59,436 nt of DNA, taken from a virus. Lineage: Duplodnaviria; Caudoviricetes. The position numbers and the translations under genes are program-made. How positions within the stretch are numbered: the stretch's first letter is position 1; each line of letters starts with the position of its first letter. The stretch covers positions 1 through 59,436 of the IMG/VR virus record IMGVR_UViG_3300020161_000132; one strand, given 5' to 3'. The notes under the pieces are model-generated. The model made no database searches. It was not told where the DNA came from and saw nothing but the letters and a program-made list of their open reading frames with translations. This document shows, piece by piece, positions 48,951-55,479 of the stretch.

Positions 48951-49481
48951 TTAGTTCTCCATTACCCATTGCTTGAATGCAGCGAACTGCTCGGCGGTCA
49001 TGTTGATATCGGCGAAGTGCTCCCCATTCTTGTTAGCCGCGGCTACGTGAAACCCGCCGTCAGCCATCTTCTCGAACTCGGCCACGTTGTCTCCGTTGCC
49101 CCAAGGTGCGGTTTCCTGCACACAAAAATACTTGTTAGTCGGTTGGACTAAGGGGATCGTTGCTGTCTTTCCCCAGCCCATCTGCGGGTTCCCCACTCTA
49201 GCGATTACTTCTTGTATCACTTCAGCTTTTCCTGCGCCCATGCACGGGGCTTTCTCTAATGCTCTCGGCATCTCGAACTGCACGGGCCGCTCGGGGTCGG
49301 GCGTGTATATAAATGCCTCGGCAGCTTGCTGCGCTAGCAGTTCTTTATAGATGCGCTTGGCCTTCTTGCGCTTGGCCTTCTTGGGCTGTGCCCACAGCAT
49401 ATCAAGCAGGGCGCGGTTCATCTCCACATCAAGCGCGTATTCGTCCGCGATCCAGATCGGGTTCTTGTTCTTCTTAGGCAT
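48951..49481 (-). CDS. Hypothetical early protein
   Basis: AAGGAG RBS; 176 aa. Confidence 0.7.
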   Translation of the reverse strand: MPKKNKNPIWIADEYALDVEMNRALLDMLWAQPKKAKRKKAKRIYKELLAQQAAEAFIYTPDPERPVQFEMPRALEKAPCMGAGKAEVIQEVIARVGNPQMGWGKTATIPLVQPTNKYFCVQETAPWGNGDNVAEFEKMADGGFHVAAANKNGEHFADINMTAEQFAAFKQWVMEN

Positions 49482-49505
49482 CTTCTTTCTCCTTAGTCGT
49501 GCCGA

Positions 49506-49715
49506 CTAATCGACAATTTGTTTTGGGTTGATGTTCCGCAGGTATTGCGGGTCGGTGATCAGTGTGTAGCCTTGCTTGTGCCCTGCTGGTGCGATGCACC
49601 ATGTCGTGCGGGCCGCACGGGCTTCCTTGTCGCCACAGGCGAGGCATAGGCGATAACCCAAAGCGAAGCGGCGGGCGGGTATACCCTCGCCACATTCGGC
49701 GCACTCATAGGCCAT
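49506..49715 (-). CDS. TraR/DksA-type C4 zinc-finger protein
   Basis: CAECGEGIPARR.ALG..LCLAC. Confidence 0.75.
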   Translation of the reverse strand: MAYECAECGEGIPARRFALGYRLCLACGDKEARAARTTWCIAPAGHKQGYTLITDPQYLRNINPKQIVD

Positions 49716-49815
49716 GCGCACTCATCTCCTCTACCGCTTCCATGCGGCGCAGCAGCGCGGCGCGTAGTTGCAGTGCCAAGGCACGTAGTAGGGCGATGTC
49801 AGTTTCTTTTTTCAT
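49705..49815 (-). CDS. Small helical protein (36 aa), first ORF of the early operon
   Basis: CTGGAGAACC RBS; MKKETDIALLRALALQLRAALLRRMEAVEEMSAHGL*. Confidence 0.6.
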   Translation of the reverse strand: MKKETDIALLRALALQLRAALLRRMEAVEEMSAHGL

Positions 49816-49903
49816 GGTGGTTCTCCAGTTGGTGTTGTGGGCGGCATTGCCGCAAGTGGTTAGTCGCGGTGACTAAAACCAAACGAATAACTAAACTATA
49901 ACT

Positions 49904-50390
49904 TAAAGCTCAGGATGGGCGGTGTGTCGCACGGGTAGCCCGTGGGGTGATTGGTTCACCATGTGCAACGCCCATCCTATTGGTGTGTGTATGCTTTGCC
50001 GTGGGCTGTTAGCCCCTTCGGATATCGACAGTTTGGCAATGGGCGTGATGGCCCTTTTATCTTTGGTTCCCTTCCGCGAGGCGCGTGTTAACGCGTTACT
50101 GTGTCGCCCCAAGCGGGGGGCTGATAGCGGCATCTACTTTTCTGGGAGAACCTTGCACCTCCCACTTGCGTGGTGTGTCTTTAGTCAACGTAACTAAGGA
50201 CGCGGTTTAGTTCTTTTCTCCATACTCGGTGGACCTACTCTGTCACACAGCGGCTTAGGTTAGCATCGGACCATCTGGCTACGGGGTGCAAAGCCCGCAC
50301 TTCCAGATGCAACTACTCCTGTCGCTCCCCTTGCTTTGATGCTGATCCCACTGGTTCGGGCACACGTGTCGCCAAGGGGCAAGCGGCGTG
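49904..50390 (+). ncRNA. Candidate large structured non-coding RNA (unknown family)
   Basis: At least seven helices; G-U pairs favour the + strand; possible promoter GTGACT-17-TAAACT at 49869-49897. Confidence 0.45.
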
Positions 50391-50403
50391 TTCAGCTATT
50401 CGA

Positions 50404-50416
50404 TTGTCAAAGAGCG
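50404..50416 (-). promoter_or_regulatory. boxA-like antitermination signal
   Basis: CGCTCTTTGACAA on the - strand, close to the rrn/nut boxA consensus GCTCTTTAACA; lies in the early leader. Confidence 0.6.
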
Positions 50417-50489
50417 GTTAGTCAGCGCGACTAACGGGGTCGTCAGGCCCGAAGGCAGGAAGTCAAATTCAATTCTGGGCCGTCTTCGT

Positions 50490-50498
50490 ACCATAGCA
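50490..50498 (-). promoter_or_regulatory. Possible extended -10 early promoter
   Basis: TG-C-TATGGT facing the early operon; -35 element poor. Confidence 0.35.
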
Positions 50499-50628
50499 CA
50501 TTCGGAGGGCGTCCGCCACAAAACTGAGTAAAATAGTTAGTTTTTTAGTAAAATATATCAGGCCGTGGTGAATCTTAGTTAAGCTAACTAAAACGTGGTA
50601 AAGCATGGGAAAAAAGTGAATGTAATGT

Positions 50629-50891
50629 AATGTTCTTAAAGTTCTTTTTAGATACTCTTATAAGCCTTTGTTTTTATTGCAATGTTCCTAATGTTCGTAA
50701 TGTTCGGGGGGTAACGGGGTTTTCGGGATTTATTTTTTTTGGGGTAATGTTCTTGCCGTCCCTGCCCGCTCGTGGGGAAAAAATTTAGGTGGAGAGTCTA
50801 TGGTGGAACATTAGAACATTAGAACATTACTGCAATATCAATGACTTACGAAGAGGCAAAAAAGAACATTACCCACAAAATCAGGAACATT
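50629..50891. repeat. AT-rich inverted array of AATGTTC/GAACATT heptamers (candidate replication origin)
   Basis: AATGTTC at 50629, 50681, 50690, 50699, 50746; GAACATT at 50806, 50814, 50822, 50864, 50885. Confidence 0.7.
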
Positions 50892-50986
50892 GCATGGGTG
50901 TTGTATTCTGACAATCGCACCGTTACATAGTGTGAATACGCCACCGTGGCGTATTGTGAATACCAACCTTGGAGAGGTGACATATT

Positions 50987-51289
50987 GTGGCTACGCGCCT
51001 TCAGCGCCTACGGGCAGAAGTTATCGAAAAACGTGGGCGTCATTGCTCGTATTGTGGGGCTGGCCCACTCTATAAACGCGCCCTGCATCTTGACCATGTT
51101 ACGCCGCAGAAGTTAGGCGGTAAGACTGAGTTCGCCAACCTGCGTCCCGCCTGTAGCCACTGCAACACTAAGAAAAGTTCTAGGCGTTTATCTGACTACA
51201 TCGTTATTCGTTTGGCTGAGATTGACCGCGAGCGTAGTAAACTTGTTGCCATCGGGACGAAGCTGGGGGTGGTTAGTCACGCAGACTAA
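50987..51289 (+). CDS. HNH endonuclease
   Basis: GAGG RBS, GTG start; CSYCG, LDHVTP...GG, NL..ACSHCN.KK. Confidence 0.9.
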   Translation: MATRLQRLRAEVIEKRGRHCSYCGAGPLYKRALHLDHVTPQKLGGKTEFANLRPACSHCNTKKSSRRLSDYIVIRLAEIDRERSKLVAIGTKLGVVSHAD

Positions 51290-51292
51290 CGT

Positions 51293-51503
51293 GCTAGATG
51301 CGGGAGCGGGAACTGGCATTGGCGGGGTTAGTCTTGGCGACTAACGGGCTAGCTGCTGCGCTGCACAACACCGAAACCTCTTGGCTAGATGCGGGAGCGA
51401 GAACTGGCCTCGGTGCTGCGTGGCGTTAGTCTGGCTGACTAAGGTGCAGGGCGTGGCAATCAAGGGGTCAACCTCTTGGCTAGATGCGGGAGCGAGAACT
51501 GGC
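51293..51503 (+). repeat. Three direct repeats interleaved with palindromes
   Basis: AACCTCTTGGCTAGATGCGGGAGCGAGAACTGGC at 51375-51408 and 51470-51503; 25-bp partial copy at 51293-51317. Confidence 0.9.
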
Positions 51504-51531
51504 GTCAGCGGCCCCGCCAAACGCAGGGCAT

Positions 51532-51562
51532 AAAAAAACCCCGCAACCTTTCGGCTGCGGGG
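51532..51562 (-). terminator. Rho-independent terminator
   Basis: CCCCGCAGCC-GAAA-GGTTGCGGGG-TTTTTTT on the - strand. Confidence 0.9.
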
Positions 51563-51569
51563 TGAGGTG

Positions 51570-51662
51570 TCAAAGGCCAAAGCCGAAACCGAGCACAGCG
51601 ATCACAAGCACAGCGATCACAAACAAGGCCAGCGTCACGATATCTTCAAACCATTCGTTCAT
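51570..51662 (-). CDS. 30-aa single-pass membrane peptide
   Basis: CTGGAG RBS; MNEWFEDIVTLALFVIAVLVIAVLGFGFGL*; followed directly by a terminator. Confidence 0.7.
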   Translation of the reverse strand: MNEWFEDIVTLALFVIAVLVIAVLGFGFGL

Positions 51663-51715
51663 TTTGTTTCTCCAGTGTTGGGGGAAGAAGGGGCGCTTTC
51701 GCGCCCCGTCCAGTG

Positions 51716-52381
51716 TCACTTGGCCTTGGTCTTGTCGCCAGTCTTGATCTGGCCTTCTTTGCCAGTGAAGGCGAAGGCCGCAAGATGCAGCGCCTTCTTG
51801 AAGGCATCGTCGTCATTGCACTTGAACGCTGCCTTTTGCGTCTTGTCGTACATGGTCTGCAGCGCCTTCAACATGATTTCTTCCGGCGTGCTTTCAGTCT
51901 TGGTGACTGTTGCCTTGTCGGCAGGTGCTTCAAGGTCTGCAAGGTAAGTTGCATACCCTTTGCTCAAACCCGACAAGACCGTGCCGATTTGGCTGCGCCA
52001 GTTGGTGACTGTTGCGCCTTTGGGCTGCGCCTTTGGTCTGCCCAAGATCAGATGCGCATTGCCAAGTGCATCGTCGTTATATTCAGCGACAAGCTCGGGT
52101 GTCAGATATTGAATGTTCGTGCCTTTGCCGATTGGCGTGGCATATGCCGCAAGATTGTGCAGGAAGGCGTTGATAGTTTCGTGCAGGTTGTCACCTGCTT
52201 TCGCCTTCTTGAAGTGCTTGAGCTCAATCCCCTGCGCCTTCCAATCGCCAAAGATTGCGGCGCGTGCTTCCTTGCGGGAAACCTCAATCTTTGCCATTGC
52301 GTTGACGGCTTTCGCTTCGCTGGCAACGAAACCCAAGACGGCGCGGATACGATCCGCGGTAACAAGATATTGTTCGATCAT
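51716..52381 (-). CDS. Hypothetical protein (Ala/Lys-rich), possibly immediate-early
   Basis: 221 aa; separate short transcription unit divergent from TerS. Confidence 0.75.
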   Translation of the reverse strand: MIEQYLVTADRIRAVLGFVASEAKAVNAMAKIEVSRKEARAAIFGDWKAQGIELKHFKKAKAGDNLHETINAFLHNLAAYATPIGKGTNIQYLTPELVAEYNDDALGNAHLILGRPKAQPKGATVTNWRSQIGTVLSGLSKGYATYLADLEAPADKATVTKTESTPEEIMLKALQTMYDKTQKAAFKCNDDDAFKKALHLAAFAFTGKEGQIKTGDKTKAK

Positions 52382-52816
52382 AGTAAATCCCTTTCTAGGA
52401 TTGAGGTTGAAGTCTTACTGTTTTGCTTCAACCTCTACTTTATGCCATGCCCAAAAAACCAAAACAATGGATGTTTTGTCATTAGTCACTAAGACTAACC
52501 ACCAAACGGCATGAAACGACACAAAACGGGCCTAGGCTGGACCCCACCTAGGGGCCACCCCCCTTGGGGGCAGGCATGGGCATCGCGCTTACAGTATACT
52601 ATTCCGCACAAACATTTCTAAAAAGAACGAAAACAGAACACCTACTCCGGGACAAAAATATCCCGGAAAAAATACCCCCCACCCCCCAAGCATTTTCGGC
52701 CCGGCCAAGCCCCACCCCCTGCAACCATGAAAACGTAGGAAAACACCCCATTTGCAAACTAGGGGGGTATAGTTGTATAGTTAACCAACATCTACCTTCG
52801 CACGGAGTGCGCACCA

Positions 52817-53413
52817 ATGACTTTAAATATCGAACCTGAGTTTGACATCCCGCTGCCGGGGATGGACACAGAAGATGTATCAAAGAAGCACCTACAGGCT
52901 CGGTTGAACGCCGCTGCAATGACGGCTGCAATGCTGGCCCAGCATGGTCTTAAGATAGAAGAGCCGACCCGAGAGGATAGGAATACCGCTGCGGGGGTAG
53001 CTGCATCTTACGCAAACAACCCCCTGCATACATCTAAGAACACATCTACAACACGGATGACGCCCTCGGCGCTGATCCTGACACAGCAGATTCTAGACGA
53101 CTACGCACATCAGATTGTGCAGAGTTCTGTACAGATACGTCACCTCGTCACTAATAAGCTGCTGCAGGAGACCGAGAACCCTGATGCAAAGATTCGCCTG
53201 CGTGCATTGGAGCTCTTAGGTAAGCAGGCAGACGTAGGTCTGTTTAGCGAGAAGCAAGAGATTACAGTGACCCACCAGACCACGGATGATTTGAAAATAA
53301 AGTTAAGGGAAAAGCTGCTGCGCTTACGGGACGTAACCCCGGGGGAAGAAAACAAGCCGCTCACTCTCAGCGGAGAGATCGTAGACCTCGACGAGGTGCT
53401 GGGGGAAGAATGA
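52817..53413 (+). CDS. terS: Terminase small subunit (probable)
   Basis: RLRALELLGK...VGLF.E..E pattern; ATGA overlap with TerL. Confidence 0.7.
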   Translation: MTLNIEPEFDIPLPGMDTEDVSKKHLQARLNAAAMTAAMLAQHGLKIEEPTREDRNTAAGVAASYANNPLHTSKNTSTTRMTPSALILTQQILDDYAHQIVQSSVQIRHLVTNKLLQETENPDAKIRLRALELLGKQADVGLFSEKQEITVTHQTTDDLKIKLREKLLRLRDVTPGEENKPLTLSGEIVDLDEVLGEE

Positions 53414-54975
53414 CAAACCAATCCCACGACTTCACTCCCGAAGAAATCGACGAGCTCCTCAAGAACATTGACAAGTTCTCCGCTGCCGAGGCTGCAGAGA
53501 TAGAGAAGATGGTAGATGAACTTACCACGCGCAGGGAGCGTGAGGGTGCACGGGACGACTTGATTAAATTTTGCTTATACGTCGATCCGACGTATAAGGT
53601 TGGGCGGCACCACCGCATCCTTGCGGATATGCTCATGGACCTTGAACGTGGGACTAAGGACCGTGGGTGCGTCAACATTCCGCCGCGTCACGGCAAATCT
53701 CAGCTCGTTTCCATCTACTTCCCCGCGTGGTTTATTGGGCGTAATCCGGCTAAGAAGGTAATGATGGTGTCCCACACCACAGACCTTGCAGTGGACTTCG
53801 GGCGTAAGGTCCGAAACCTCGTGGACACGGCGCAGTATAAGAACATCTTCCCGACCGTGAGCATTGCCACAGACAACAAGTCTGCAGGGCGGTGGAACAC
53901 TAACTTTGGCGGTGAGTACTTCGCCTGTGGTATCGGTAGCTCTATCGCGGGCCGCGGTGCTGACCTGCTGTTGGTGGACGACCCTCACTCAGAACAAGAC
54001 GTGCTGAATGGTAACTTTGAGGTGTTCCAGAAGGCATATGAGTGGTTCACATACGGTGCGCGTACTCGTCTGATGCCCGGTGGGCGTGTAGCTATCGTGC
54101 AAACCCGTTGGCACATGGACGACCTGACAGGGCGCGTGATCCGCGACATGACCCAGAATGATGGGTCTGACCAATACGAGGTGATTGAGTTCCCTGCTAT
54201 CTTCGAGAAGGAAGTGTTCAACGAGAACACCGGAGATATGGATATCGTCCAGAAGCCGCTCTGGCCGGAGTTCTTTGATCTGCCCGCTCTCCTGCGGACT
54301 AAGGCGTCAATGCCTGTGTTTCAATGGAACTCACAGTACCAGCAGCAGCCCACAGCCGAAGAGGCTGCAATCGTCAAGCGCGATTGGTGGCAGTGGTGGG
54401 AAGATGAAGATCCGCCGAAGTGCGAGTACATCATTATGTCCTTGGACGCCGCTGCCGAGACTAATAATCGTGCCGACTTCACGGCCCTCACAACGTGGGG
54501 CATATTTACGAATGAGAACGCACGGGACGAGAAGCACATCATCCTGCTGAACTCTATCAAACGGCGCATGGAGTTCCCTGAGCTCAAGGCCCTGTGCCTT
54601 GAGGAAAACAGTGCGTGGGAGCCCGATGCCTTCATCGTCGAGAAAAAGTCCGCCGGGACTGCTATATATCAGGAACTTCGGCGTATGGGCATCCTCGTGC
54701 AGGAGTTTACGCCGCACCGCGGCACGGGCGACAAGATGGCTCGCTTGAACTCTGTAGCAGACATCATCTCTTCGGGGCTTGTTTGGGTGCCTCAGACCCG
54801 CTGGGCAGAGGAAGTTGTCGAGGAAATCGCGGGATTTCCGTTTTCCAGCCACGATGACTTGGTGGATAGCACGGTGATGGCGCTATTGCGCTTCCGCCAA
54901 GGTGGATTTATCCGTCTACCTACGGATGAACGGGACGAAGAGCTGCCGTACCGCCCGAAAGTCGAGTACTATTGA
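53410..54975 (+). CDS. terL: Terminase large subunit
   Basis: PPRHGKS, GRGADLLLVDDP, TRWHMDDL, YQQQP, SLDAA, HDDLVDS. Confidence 0.96.
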   Translation: MTNQSHDFTPEEIDELLKNIDKFSAAEAAEIEKMVDELTTRREREGARDDLIKFCLYVDPTYKVGRHHRILADMLMDLERGTKDRGCVNIPPRHGKSQLVSIYFPAWFIGRNPAKKVMMVSHTTDLAVDFGRKVRNLVDTAQYKNIFPTVSIATDNKSAGRWNTNFGGEYFACGIGSSIAGRGADLLLVDDPHSEQDVLNGNFEVFQKAYEWFTYGARTRLMPGGRVAIVQTRWHMDDLTGRVIRDMTQNDGSDQYEVIEFPAIFEKEVFNENTGDMDIVQKPLWPEFFDLPALLRTKASMPVFQWNSQYQQQPTAEEAAIVKRDWWQWWEDEDPPKCEYIIMSLDAAAETNNRADFTALTTWGIFTNENARDEKHIILLNSIKRRMEFPELKALCLEENSAWEPDAFIVEKKSAGTAIYQELRRMGILVQEFTPHRGTGDKMARLNSVADIISSGLVWVPQTRWAEEVVEEIAGFPFSSHDDLVDSTVMALLRFRQGGFIRLPTDERDEELPYRPKVEYY

Positions 54976-54983
54976 GGTGAAAA

Positions 54984-55124
54984 ATGGCCGGATTTATGAA
55001 ACCTACCCGCGTCACAAAGGGCACAAAGCCCACAAAGGTGCCGCGTAAGCCCAAAATGAACGTCACGAAGCCTACGTTTATGACGGCGGGGACAAATATG
55101 CGAAAAACTCGCCCCAATGCTTGA
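54984..55124 (+). CDS. Small basic Lys/Pro/Thr-rich peptide (46 aa)
   Basis: GAGGTG RBS; MAGFMKPTRVTKGTKPTKVPRKPK... Confidence 0.5.
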   Translation: MAGFMKPTRVTKGTKPTKVPRKPKMNVTKPTFMTAGTNMRKTRPNA

Positions 55125-55311
55125 AGAACTCGTCCCTTCGCCGCCGACAGAGATGCGTGAAGAGTATGTGCGCATGAAAAAGCGGCTAGCTGTCGTGAAA
55201 GAGGGCATTATGCGCCGCGGAAAGAACATCCCCTACGATCTGAAAGTCGAGGAAGAGATTCTGAGGGCAAATATTGCCCATTACGCGCTTCTCTGGGGCT
55301 TTACAGAGTAA
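55117..55311 (+). CDS. Hypothetical protein
   Basis: 64 aa; overlaps the previous stop. Confidence 0.5.
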   Translation: MLEELVPSPPTEMREEYVRMKKRLAVVKEGIMRRGKNIPYDLKVEEEILRANIAHYALLWGFTE

Positions 55312-55333
55312 TTTTGGCTTGCTAGAAATTAGG

Positions 55334-55408
55334 TGCGGGGTAGAGAAGCGGCATCTCGATTGGCTCATACCCAGTAAATCGCAGGTTCAAGTCCTGCCCC
55401 CGCGACCA
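55334..55408 (+). tRNA. tRNA with CAT anticodon (Met, initiator-like)
   Basis: Acceptor TGCGGGG/CCCCGCG plus ACCA; D stem GAGA/TCTC; anticodon arm ATTGG-CTCATAC-CCAGT; T arm GCAGG-TTCAAGT-CCTGC. Confidence 0.9.
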
Positions 55409-55479
55409 ATCACCATCCCCCTTCCTTAAACATACTAATTACTGCTATAGTGTCCCCAAACCTGTAGGGAGATGCTTAC

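Larger units (their letters stand above)
25755..52498. repeat. Dispersed 17-bp palindrome TTAGTC-N5-GACTAA (17 perfect copies plus variants)
   Basis: Perfect copies start at 25755, 31413, 39066, 43975, 45241, 46234, 47357, 48361, 48746, 49135, 49493, 49860, 50418, 51273, 51328, 51426 and 52482; near matches at 34107, 38416, 50181, 50575 and 38836. Confidence 0.95.

Noticed and set aside
49903-50197. ORFs 49903..50133 (-) and 49922..50197 (+)
   Set aside because: Non-ATG starts, no convincing RBS, no recognisable motifs; the region is better explained as a structured non-coding element
50629-50891. Alphaproteobacterial LexA boxes (GTTC-N7-GTTC)
   Set aside because: The GTTC/GAAC units recur at 8- and 9-bp periods, not 11 bp
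51293-51503. CRISPR array
   Set aside because: Only two full repeats and one partial; the ~60-nt intervals each contain the genomic palindrome rather than unique spacers; no cas operon, and the Cas4-like nuclease sits in the replication module
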